NCBI GenBank assembly: GCA_002753335.1
Contig: PEAD01000010.1
Coordinates: 62,001-87,045, forward strand
Length of the DNA: 25,045 bases
Origin: Nitrospirae bacterium MYbin3
Lineage (GTDB): Bacteria > Nitrospirota > Thermodesulfovibrionia > Thermodesulfovibrionales > Dissulfurispiraceae
Direction of reading: 5' to 3'
Shown here: positions 1 through 8,385 of the stretch, in pieces
Numbering within the stretch: position 1 is the stretch's first letter
Layout of the letters: the number at the start of each line of letters is the position of its first letter
Notes under the pieces: generated by a model
Told to the model about the DNA's origin: nothing
The model's database searches: none
The model's input: the letters and a program-made list of their open reading frames with translations, nothing else
Translations under genes and position numbers: made by a program

Positions 1-687
1 GCATTTTACTATCATAGAGAAAAGGTCATCCGGGTGAAGATAATCCCGAACCATATCAGCCCCGTCGGTAATTAGAATTTTATTATTCATGATACAGTCA
101 ATAATGTCCGTGATGAAATAGCCGTCAGCCAGATCCGCAAACCTGCTGAAATACGAAAATATCCTGAGATCAACTATCTTCAGCCCTTTGAACGCCCTGT
201 GCTTTGCTTCCGCATTAAGCCTGACAACAGCATAATAATCTTCCGGAGCGATATTATTAACCCTGATACAATTCAGAGAATCTTCTTCTGCAGGAACAGA
301 ACATTCCCTGCCGTAAACCGCGCCGCTGCTCAAGCTGATATAAAGGGCTCCAGGGCAATTATTATTCAGATACCTTAGAACCATATTGTCATACTCTTCG
401 GTAACCGTAAAATATTTCGTATAATCACCCTGCAGCTTCCTTGCGGTTCCAACCCCAACGCAGTTGATTACCGCATCGTAAGAAGAATCGGCAAAATTAT
501 CGTAGCCTTCGTGAATCTCGCAACCGGTTTCGGATATGCCTATAGAGCGAAGAAAATCACAAACATTACGCTGTGTCCTTGAAAATAAATACAATTTAAA
601 ATCTTTGCTGCTGAGGAAATTATTTATCAGTCCTTTTGCTATATGTGAGGAAGCCCCCAATATTGCTATTTTTATTTTTCCTATCAT
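1..687 (-). CDS. NAD(P)-dependent epimerase/dehydratase/reductase (extended SDR), 3' end runs off the window
   Basis: Not in the ORF track. Manual translation from ATG at 687 is open to position 1: MIGKIKIAILGASSHIAKGL...YDAVINCVG...YISLSSGAVYG...EDYYAVVRLNAEAKHR...DLRIFSYF...VRDYLHPDDL. Shows a Rossmann start, the SSGAVYG motif, a Yxxx(K/R) motif and the RDYLH motif. Confidence 0.88.
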   Translation of the reverse strand, partial: MIGKIKIAILGASSHIAKGLINNFLSSKDFKLYLFSRTQRNVCDFLRSIGISETGCEIHEGYDNFADSSYDAVINCVGVGTARKLQGDYTKYFTVTEEYDNMVLRYLNNNCPGALYISLSSGAVYGRECSVPAEEDSLNCIRVNNIAPEDYYAVVRLNAEAKHRAFKGLKIVDLRIFSYFSRFADLADGYFITDIIDCIMNNKILITDGADMVRDYLHPDDLFSMIVKC

Positions 688-716
688 CAATATTTAAGCC
701 AATCCCATATAAATGG

Positions 717-2003
717 TTAGCACACTAACGTATTGACATAGTCCGAATAATACATAGGATTAAAATATCTATGCAGTGAATATTTCTGACATTTTACACA
801 TAAAGAATGTGTGTGTCGCAAATTAATAATATCGTCAAGCGAAATTTCTAAATAATTATCAGCCAATTTATGATAGGAATAATTGCAACATGGCATAACA
901 GACATATCCCAGTTGATAACCGGAAGCACACGATTTAGCAAACACTGCTTATGACGCTCCTTTATTCCATTTTGAATCAACTTCTCTAAGCCTATTAACA
1001 TTAAATCTCCAGCCTTTTTTGCTTCATCGCTTAACCCCTTGCCTTCACAATAATCAAAGGCATGATCAGCTAATAACATCGCTAAGACAGGATGAAAACG
1101 AAATCCATTTTCTTCACATAATTCTCGCATTTGCTTAGATTCATTTAGGTTATTCTTATAAACATGATAATAAACTTCCACTATTGTATTCGTCTGATAC
1201 TTATTTATATATTCGGCTAACAATAAAAGATTCTGGTAGAAAATCTCCCAACGTCCTCCCTTGTGTGTAATTTCATAATTTTTCTCACCATAACCTGAAA
1301 CAGAAACCCTGATTTGAGCAGGTGAGGCCTTAATGACATCCTCAAGATATTTACCGGCATTTAAATTTGATGAAATACCACTTGCTATCCCCAGATTAGT
1401 GTTGATCTTTATTATTTCTGACAATTCAGGATTAAGTAATGGCTCCCCCCAAATATATAAATCAACTAAATATAAAAAGGGAATTTCCTTTATAAGCTTA
1501 TCTATAACTCTGGAATAATAATCAGCGGTCATGAAACCACCTTTTTGTGGTAGGTGTGCAGAATCACCTCTGGGACAACTTAAACATCTCAAATTACATA
1601 CCCCGGAAATTTCTACGGTAGGATAAAAAGGGGATAATTCCTGAATATTTATAAAATCCTTGTTTTTTGTTAATCCGGCACTTTCGCATAATGCAAACAT
1701 TTCTTTATTTTTCTTGTCTACACTTGCAACAAGGATAAAAGAAGATTTGCAGGTTTTGGGATTATTTAAAACAATCTTCGGATCAAGAATTGGAACTCCT
1801 CCATACTCCGTCCCAATAAGCAAAGGAGAACTATCTAGAAATGCTTTTACCGGAAACCCATTCCGATTTAAAGCAAGCTTAAAGCCCCTACCCTTTTGTC
1901 CTGCACCCCATATATATAAATCGCGTCCCTTAAATAAATCAGATGCATCTTTTGCGGTATAGACACGATAGTTACCCCGACAAAATGTATTATTGTTTTT
2001 CAT
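717..2003 (-). CDS. Radical SAM enzyme with N-terminal Rossmann-like domain and C-terminal Twitch/SPASM-like Cys region
   Basis: CNLRCLSC (CxxxCxxC); WGEPLLNP; N-terminal IWGAGQKG...AFLDS; C-terminal C..INWDMSVMPCC..CVKC. Confidence 0.9.
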   Translation of the reverse strand: MKNNNTFCRGNYRVYTAKDASDLFKGRDLYIWGAGQKGRGFKLALNRNGFPVKAFLDSSPLLIGTEYGGVPILDPKIVLNNPKTCKSSFILVASVDKKNKEMFALCESAGLTKNKDFINIQELSPFYPTVEISGVCNLRCLSCPRGDSAHLPQKGGFMTADYYSRVIDKLIKEIPFLYLVDLYIWGEPLLNPELSEIIKINTNLGIASGISSNLNAGKYLEDVIKASPAQIRVSVSGYGEKNYEITHKGGRWEIFYQNLLLLAEYINKYQTNTIVEVYYHVYKNNLNESKQMRELCEENGFRFHPVLAMLLADHAFDYCEGKGLSDEAKKAGDLMLIGLEKLIQNGIKERHKQCLLNRVLPVINWDMSVMPCCNYSYHKLADNYLEISLDDIINLRHTHSLCVKCQKYSLHRYFNPMYYSDYVNTLVC

Positions 2004-2034
2004 AGCAATAATTTCCCCCTTGAAATAGAAATTA

Positions 2035-3210
2035 TTAAAAGCATGAATTTAAAATCAACTCAATGTCCTGCGTTGACAATCTAACGAAATTGCCTATAGT
2101 ACCGCTAGGCATAACAGAAACACAATTATTAGCTATATCAGCAAATTCTGTTTTATTGATAAGACCTATCTCCTGAAGTGTTGAAGGCATCCCTATAGCT
2201 TTCAAAAAAAGCTGGAATTTATCTATAGCCACCAATATTGCCTGACTGTTTTCCAGCGCACCTTTTTCTATGTCAAAGACTCTATTGGCAAACTGTAAAA
2301 ATATTTGTTCATTTGTTTTATACACATATTTCATCCAAGCAGGAAAAATAACAGCCAAAATAGCACCATGAGCCACGGCATACCGTGAGCCAATTTCATG
2401 ACTAATCTTGTGACTAGCCCAGTCCTGTTTCCTGCCAAAACCTGCAGTATTATCATGAGCAAGTTTACAGCCCCACATTATTTCCGCGCGTACCTCATAA
2501 TTATCAGGCTCTTTATCGACAAGAAGAGCGTATTTCATTAAGGTTTTAACAAGCCCTTCGCAAATTCTGTCGGAGCAATCTACATATGCAGTATTGGAAA
2601 AATATCTTTCCAATACATGTGTTATAGCATCAACAATCCCACAAAATGTGTGCTGCCGAGGAACCGTAAAAGTAATTTCCGGATTTAACATCGAAAATAC
2701 AGGGTACATAACAGGGCTACCGCAATCATATTTCACCTTAACCCTTTCATTTGTAATAACAGCACCATCGCTAGATTCACTGCCAGATCCTGGAACTGTA
2801 AGAATAGTTCCAATTTTAAGACTCTTTTGTGGGATTTGTTTTTTATTGAAAAAATCAATAAAATCGCCTTCATACGGAACCCCTATTCCAACAGTCTTAG
2901 CAGAATCGATAACACTTCCACCTCCAACAGCCAATATAAAATCAATCTTTTCTTTCCTACAGATATTTATACCTTCATATATCAACCCTGCCTCTGGATT
3001 AGATTTCACCCCGCCAAGTTCAATAAACTCGATTCCTGAAGATTTTAATGAATTTGCAACTTTTTCATACAAACCATATTTTTTAAAACTCTCACCACCA
3101 TAGTGTAGTAATATTTTTTTTGAGTATTTTTTTACTTCTTCGCCAACAGTTAATTCAACACCCCTTCCAAAAAATATAGTAGTAGGATTACGATAAACTC
3201 CACTTAACAT
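2035..3210 (-). CDS. Iron-containing alcohol dehydrogenase (BdhA/YqhD-like)
   Basis: NPTTIFFGRG, AVGGGSVIDSAK, GSGSE, DAITHVLERYFS, HKISHEIG...AHGAILA (Asp/His metal ligands). Confidence 0.92.
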   Translation of the reverse strand: MLSGVYRNPTTIFFGRGVELTVGEEVKKYSKKILLHYGGESFKKYGLYEKVANSLKSSGIEFIELGGVKSNPEAGLIYEGINICRKEKIDFILAVGGGSVIDSAKTVGIGVPYEGDFIDFFNKKQIPQKSLKIGTILTVPGSGSESSDGAVITNERVKVKYDCGSPVMYPVFSMLNPEITFTVPRQHTFCGIVDAITHVLERYFSNTAYVDCSDRICEGLVKTLMKYALLVDKEPDNYEVRAEIMWGCKLAHDNTAGFGRKQDWASHKISHEIGSRYAVAHGAILAVIFPAWMKYVYKTNEQIFLQFANRVFDIEKGALENSQAILVAIDKFQLFLKAIGMPSTLQEIGLINKTEFADIANNCVSVMPSGTIGNFVRLSTQDIELILNSCF

Positions 3211-3225
3211 CTGATTGTCCTTTTC

Positions 3226-4497
3226 CTAACTATTTATTAACATATTGAATGTATGGTATTTTTTTAGCAGCACTTCGATGTCAAGTCGATGGAGCCCGTG
3301 CTTCTGGCATATTTCACATTGTGCTTGATGATGTCGCAAATTTACCAACTCATTCAGAGAAATATCCAGAAAATTATTCGCAATTACCGGACCATAATAT
3401 GTATGACAAAGCGATACTGAAAGGTCCCAGTTAATTATTGGAAAAATCCTCTGACACAAGCATGGCTTTTGCGCATCTGCTTTTGCAAACTCCAAGGCAT
3501 GGTTTAAGTCACACGGTAAGATATCCATTATACTCTTAGCTTGTAAGCCTATATCTCGGCCCTCACAATAATCAAGGATTTTATCGTAAGGATTTAAATA
3601 CGCCCATGTAGTGTAAAGTCTTAACCCTAGCCCCAAACAAAGATTACGCATATCATCTAAATCCTGCTTTTGATTATTCCGGTAAAGGTGATACAAAACA
3701 GCAACTTGGGTTTTGGGATTATATTTGTCGATAAGTTCTTTTAATAAATGGAGGTTGTCAAAAAATAACTTCCATGAAGCGCCAATACGACCAGTTTCGT
3801 ATGATTCCTTATATCCGTTTGTAGAAATAATCAGTTGACTGGGTTCTGCCTTAATTACATCTTCTAATATGTCTGCCGTTTGTAAATTCGTGGCTACAGT
3901 ACAAGGAACCAATTTTTCGGTCATTTGAATTATCTCTGGAAGGTCGGGATTCAAAAAAGGCTCCCCCCAGGTAAAAAGTTCTATATTCATTAAGGATGGC
4001 CTTTCGGTAAGCAATTTATTTAATACTCGCTTATAGACCGCTGCAGTCATATATCCTTCCGGTCGCAAATTCTCCATATTGCCATGGGGGCAACTTGAAC
4101 ATCTTACATTACATTTACCTGCAACATCTATTGCCACTTCAGGGCGAGATATCCGAACATAACTTAAATAATCATTATTTTTTAACAATCCGGCGTCAAG
4201 GCAATCCTTTTCCATCGCATCCTTATGCTGTACAGATGCTATCATTATAAAAGCTTTTTTGAATCTGACAGAATTAAAAATCTCCTTTGGATTAATGACC
4301 TTTAGATTGTCCGTTATTTTCAATTTAGGATTAATGTCGCAGAATGCTTTAACCGTTAATCCGTTTTTATCAAAATATCTTTTTATGATTCGGCCTAAAT
4401 GTCCGCAACCCCATATATAAATATCACGACCATTAATCAATGTCTTAAGTTCATCTATTGACAATCCTTGATATGTTTTTAAAGGTATATAAGACAT
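3226..4497 (-). CDS. Radical SAM enzyme with N-terminal Rossmann-like domain, paralogue of 717..2003
   Basis: CNVRCSSC; WGEPFLNP; N-terminal IWGCGHLG...AFCD; C-terminal CLC..INWDLSVSLC..CEIC. Confidence 0.9.
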   Translation of the reverse strand: MSYIPLKTYQGLSIDELKTLINGRDIYIWGCGHLGRIIKRYFDKNGLTVKAFCDINPKLKITDNLKVINPKEIFNSVRFKKAFIMIASVQHKDAMEKDCLDAGLLKNNDYLSYVRISRPEVAIDVAGKCNVRCSSCPHGNMENLRPEGYMTAAVYKRVLNKLLTERPSLMNIELFTWGEPFLNPDLPEIIQMTEKLVPCTVATNLQTADILEDVIKAEPSQLIISTNGYKESYETGRIGASWKLFFDNLHLLKELIDKYNPKTQVAVLYHLYRNNQKQDLDDMRNLCLGLGLRLYTTWAYLNPYDKILDYCEGRDIGLQAKSIMDILPCDLNHALEFAKADAQKPCLCQRIFPIINWDLSVSLCHTYYGPVIANNFLDISLNELVNLRHHQAQCEICQKHGLHRLDIEVLLKKYHTFNMLINS

Positions 4498-5649
4498 TTA
4501 TTCCTTTGGAACAGTAGCGTAAAGCACTGTTTCCGCTACAAATGAAGTATAATTTCTCAAATAAAAAACATATCCCAGACATAAGCTCTCAAGGTAAAGC
4601 GGTATATCCCATATGTGGTTTGGTGCATGATATACACAAATAGCAAGGTCTGGCTTATTTTCTTTTAAGAGAGCTTCTGCACCTTTTAGCGCCTCTAACT
4701 CGGCCCCTTCCACATCCATTTGAATAAAAGTTGGTTTGCAACCAGGTATTACATGATCCAGAGAAACACACTGAACAACTGAATCGCCTTCATCCGAAAT
4801 TGCACTGTTAACTTTATCACCACATGAAAAACGAAGTTGTGTTTCATGGCTAAAAACTCCACATGGAAATGCCATCACACTTTGTGCTATTTCGCTATGT
4901 TTTGCTGATAGATATTTTGATAACGATCCGAAATTCTCAGAATCAGGTTCGAAACATACTATCAAATCAATCTTGCCATACAAGGCATTTAGCTTTAGCA
5001 CTGTGTCGCCGTTGTAAGCACCACAATTTATAAAACGTGAATATCCTTTGCTTAAATTTATATCTCTCGGGAAATACTGCTCTTCCATTGGACTGATAGA
5101 TATAGCAGTCGGGCTTTTCTTTATATGAGTTTCAACAACGCTAACAAATACGTTAGAACTCAAATTGTCAGAAAAAATGTCTAAGCAAGACAAAATTTTT
5201 TCTTTGTTATCTAAATAGTAATCAAATCCTCTTTCTATAAGCTCGGTTGGCGGATGCAAAAGATGATATTCGTATATATCGCTTGACAATATTATATTTC
5301 TAAACCCCATACTTTTCAGGCATTTGAAAATTTCCTCTTGATATTGTTTTGTTATAACAGTAACAACTACAATGGCATCTATTTTTTCATCTTCTGTCGG
5401 TTGATATTCAAAAGGAGCGCAGCTCGGAACATCCAAATAAAAATCTCCAGATTGGAATTTGCGATCAAGCACTATTTGAGCCTTTAATCCATATCGTCTC
5501 AAAACAAAAGTAAAAAAGCTAACCGCCCCCCCTCCAGCACCATAAACAATTATCTTTTTATCTCTCAGCAAATCTATATAGCTGAAAGAATTATTATGCA
5601 CAGATGGCTGCTTAAACAATTCTATAAGGGCTTCTTTATAGTTAGACAT
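4498..5649 (-). CDS. FkbM-family SAM-dependent methyltransferase with N-terminal Rossmann-like domain
   Basis: FINCGAYNGDT, CFEPD, FIQMDVEGAELEALKGA, PDLAICVYH, FYLRNY; N-terminal IVYGAGGGA. Confidence 0.9.
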   Translation of the reverse strand: MSNYKEALIELFKQPSVHNNSFSYIDLLRDKKIIVYGAGGGAVSFFTFVLRRYGLKAQIVLDRKFQSGDFYLDVPSCAPFEYQPTEDEKIDAIVVVTVITKQYQEEIFKCLKSMGFRNIILSSDIYEYHLLHPPTELIERGFDYYLDNKEKILSCLDIFSDNLSSNVFVSVVETHIKKSPTAISISPMEEQYFPRDINLSKGYSRFINCGAYNGDTVLKLNALYGKIDLIVCFEPDSENFGSLSKYLSAKHSEIAQSVMAFPCGVFSHETQLRFSCGDKVNSAISDEGDSVVQCVSLDHVIPGCKPTFIQMDVEGAELEALKGAEALLKENKPDLAICVYHAPNHIWDIPLYLESLCLGYVFYLRNYTSFVAETVLYATVPKE

Positions 5650-5684
5650 TTTTTGAATTCCATTTAGTTATTAAAAATTAATTC

Positions 5685-6704
5685 TCAATATGTATAAAAC
5701 TTTTTAAGCCGCTCAGCGTCATTGTTCAGTACGTCCTCAGGAAACAGCCTGTATTTGATGATATTGCAGTTTTCACATGTCCCGCCCACATTTTTTGCGC
5801 CATCAAGCATAGTACGCCTGAACTCCTGGAACTTCGGACCGATCCATATTTTATGCACAGGCTCTTCATTGCAGTCCCCCATAATTTCAGGGTATTCGAA
5901 AGAATAGCACGGAACAACTTTGCCATCCGGATTTATCTGCATCGTAAAGAAGGGCTGCGGACAGATATGGACTTCCGACACCGGCAGACCGAACTGGGTA
6001 ACCTCTTGATCCCGATTCACTGACAGCCGTTCATAATCTACGCCTGCATGAATGGGAACAGCATGTTCGATAGCTATCGTGTCACAAATGTCGCCAAAAA
6101 TATCAAAAAATTTCTGCTCATCAGCATTGCCCTCCAGCGCGCAATCAACAATTTTAATATAAACCTGAGCGCTGCCCTTGTTGTCATAAAAATACCGCAG
6201 ATTCTCGACAAGCATCTCGAACTCCACCTTAGAGGAGCAGATTTCGAGATATTTCTCCGCTGATGTGCCCTGCAGCGATACAACCAGCCTGGAGAGTCCT
6301 GCCGCAATAAGGTCCTTAGACAACTGCGGAGTCAAAAGCGAAGCATTAGTTAAAATCTCGACTGTTTTCGCCGTATCTTTTGAAACAGCATATTCGATCA
6401 TGGCCGCTATGTCTTTGTGGAGCAGCGGCTCGCCTATGCCGACAAAGCGCAGCACTTTCAATTTTTCGGAAAACATCGCAATTTCGTCCATACACTTTTT
6501 ATAAAGGCCGAAATCCATATTTACCCTGTCTGAAATAAAATGCCTCTTTGCCTTATCGACCGAGAAAATACAATAGCTGCATTTAAAATTGCAGGCATAT
6601 ACAGGGAATATCTGCAGAACAAATGGTGCTGCCAGGGGTAGAACCTCGGCAAGCCTTGTTCTATTGCCGCCCGGCGCCTGTCCGCTGATGACTCTTGCTT
6701 TCAT
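5685..6704 (-). CDS. Radical SAM/SPASM(Twitch) domain protein
   Basis: CNFKCSYC; GIGEPLLH; CPQPFFTMQINPDGKVVPC...CENC. Confidence 0.92.
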   Translation of the reverse strand: MKARVISGQAPGGNRTRLAEVLPLAAPFVLQIFPVYACNFKCSYCIFSVDKAKRHFISDRVNMDFGLYKKCMDEIAMFSEKLKVLRFVGIGEPLLHKDIAAMIEYAVSKDTAKTVEILTNASLLTPQLSKDLIAAGLSRLVVSLQGTSAEKYLEICSSKVEFEMLVENLRYFYDNKGSAQVYIKIVDCALEGNADEQKFFDIFGDICDTIAIEHAVPIHAGVDYERLSVNRDQEVTQFGLPVSEVHICPQPFFTMQINPDGKVVPCYSFEYPEIMGDCNEEPVHKIWIGPKFQEFRRTMLDGAKNVGGTCENCNIIKYRLFPEDVLNNDAERLKKFYTY

Positions 6705-6738
6705 ATTAAAACTCTTTGACCGTCCGTTCGATTCGGGC

Positions 6739-7239
6739 TTATATAAACGCCCTGTATATTTCGTGATATTTAATCAGATTTGAGGGACAATGATCATGCC
6801 ACCTAAGATATCCCGCATCTTCGGGAGAAAGCCCTTTATTTTCGGGAACAAATCGGGATGGAACAAAGCACTTATACAAAACAGATATGAAATGCCCCCT
6901 CAGATCACGGTCTTTATTTATGAGCTGGTTCAGGGCTATTGGAGCGGGATCAAATTCAAAAGAAATATCGCTTCCTATTTCGGTCTCTGCCACTTTTCTT
7001 ATCCGCTCCTCAAACGTCTCCTTAAACCTGACTATTCCTCCCGGCACATGCCATCCGGTGCCGGAATACCGGTCATCCCGCCAAGCCAGAAGCGTCCGTC
7101 CATTTTCATCTTTTATTAAAAGATCGACATTCACAAGAGGTGTTGTCCGGCTGATGTAATAAAACAGATCGTCAGGCAATCCCACGGCGGGATTAGGTAC
7201 AAGTTTGTCTAAGGCAGCTATAGCATTGGAGATTTCCAT
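6739..7239 (-). CDS. NUDIX hydrolase, GDP-mannose mannosyl hydrolase (Gmm/WcaH)-like
   Basis: TPLVNVDLLIKDENGRTLLAWR and a modified Nudix box WHVPGGIVRFKETFEERIRKVAETEIG, resembling Gmm. GGAG RBS upstream. Confidence 0.8.
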   Translation of the reverse strand: MEISNAIAALDKLVPNPAVGLPDDLFYYISRTTPLVNVDLLIKDENGRTLLAWRDDRYSGTGWHVPGGIVRFKETFEERIRKVAETEIGSDISFEFDPAPIALNQLINKDRDLRGHFISVLYKCFVPSRFVPENKGLSPEDAGYLRWHDHCPSNLIKYHEIYRAFI

Positions 7240-7251
7240 GGTTCTCCCGGT

Positions 7252-8373
7252 TTATTTCTTAAACAGCCTGGCGTCTTCATTAAAAGGCCTCCGCGTTCTA
7301 TCCTCGTCCGCAAAAACCTCGGAACACGACACAGGAAGAGGCTTGCCATAAATCTTTTTAGCCACATAATTATTTATAAAATCCCTGTCCTCCGCAATAA
7401 TGCAGGTATCTACATATTCCCCGAAATGCTTAATGCCAAGCCCTCTATCAACAATGTCTTTCAAAGGCTCCTCAAAAACATTTCCGATAGAAGTATGAAT
7501 ATAGGGACAGGGCAGAACATCTCCGTACTGCGTTACCGAAAACATCCCCTTGACAGATATGCAGCCCATATTGAGGCCATAGGCCGAAGTTAAGTGGGTA
7601 AATACTTTATATTTTTTTTCGAGTTCCTCCATATACCTCATATCTCCCTTATCCACCAAAACATCGAAATTCCCCTCCCATGCGCCGACAGGCTTTGCGT
7701 ATGTTACAAATACCCCTATGCCCATATTATTAAAATGTTCGATAAACTTGATAAATTCATCCGTATAAAGCCGCTGTTTAGTAACAACAGTTTGCATAAA
7801 AATACCTAAGCCTGCTTTTAAGGCTATATCGACCGATTTCATGGCCCTCTCGTAAGCGCCCTTTACGCCCCTGAACCGGTCATGTTCTTCGGGATTAAAA
7901 CTATCTAAGCTCAATTGAACTCTGTCAACGCCTATGCCCTTTATATGAACAGCCTTCTTCTCATCCAAAAGCCAGCCGTTGGTATCGCAGTTAATATAAA
8001 ACTTCTGAGGATCGATAGCTGCCACCAAATCATCGAAATCTTTGAAGGTTAACGGCTCCCCGCCGGTAATAGTCACGCGCGCAAGCCCCATTTCGTCAGC
8101 CTGCCTGAAAAGCTCTCTGACATCCGCTATGGCAAATGACCGTTTGTTAGTCTTGCCCTGAAATCTTTTGACCGAGCAATGTTCACATGTAAAATTGCAT
8201 GAGTAATTATACTGAAACTGAATAATAGCGATGCTTTCGCCGCGCCTAAGCTTTTCGTCGAATTTCATAACCTTTTCGTAAACGTAAGGCTTCTCCCGCA
8301 TAAGAATGCTTCTTCTATCGGTCTCTTCCTTTGACCTAGGGCTTTGAAATGGCATGTTAGTATTCTCCTTCAT
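7252..8373 (-). CDS. Radical SAM/SPASM(Twitch) domain protein
   Basis: CNFTCEHC; ITGGEPL; DTNG; QLSLDS...HDRFRG; GC...SVTQYGDVLPCPY...IGNV. Start may be the second Met (MPFQ), which has AGGAG upstream. Confidence 0.92.
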   Translation of the reverse strand: MKENTNMPFQSPRSKEETDRRSILMREKPYVYEKVMKFDEKLRRGESIAIIQFQYNYSCNFTCEHCSVKRFQGKTNKRSFAIADVRELFRQADEMGLARVTITGGEPLTFKDFDDLVAAIDPQKFYINCDTNGWLLDEKKAVHIKGIGVDRVQLSLDSFNPEEHDRFRGVKGAYERAMKSVDIALKAGLGIFMQTVVTKQRLYTDEFIKFIEHFNNMGIGVFVTYAKPVGAWEGNFDVLVDKGDMRYMEELEKKYKVFTHLTSAYGLNMGCISVKGMFSVTQYGDVLPCPYIHTSIGNVFEEPLKDIVDRGLGIKHFGEYVDTCIIAEDRDFINNYVAKKIYGKPLPVSCSEVFADEDRTRRPFNEDARLFKK

Positions 8374-8385
8374 TAATATTCTACG

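Noticed and set aside
705..716. Small inverted repeat CCAT-ATAA-ATGG between the radical SAM gene and the SDR
   Set aside because: A 4-bp stem with no U-tract is too weak to call a terminator.
5650..5690. Possible internal promoter in the AT-rich spacer upstream of the FkbM gene
   Set aside because: TTGAGA is present but has no convincing -10 at proper spacing.
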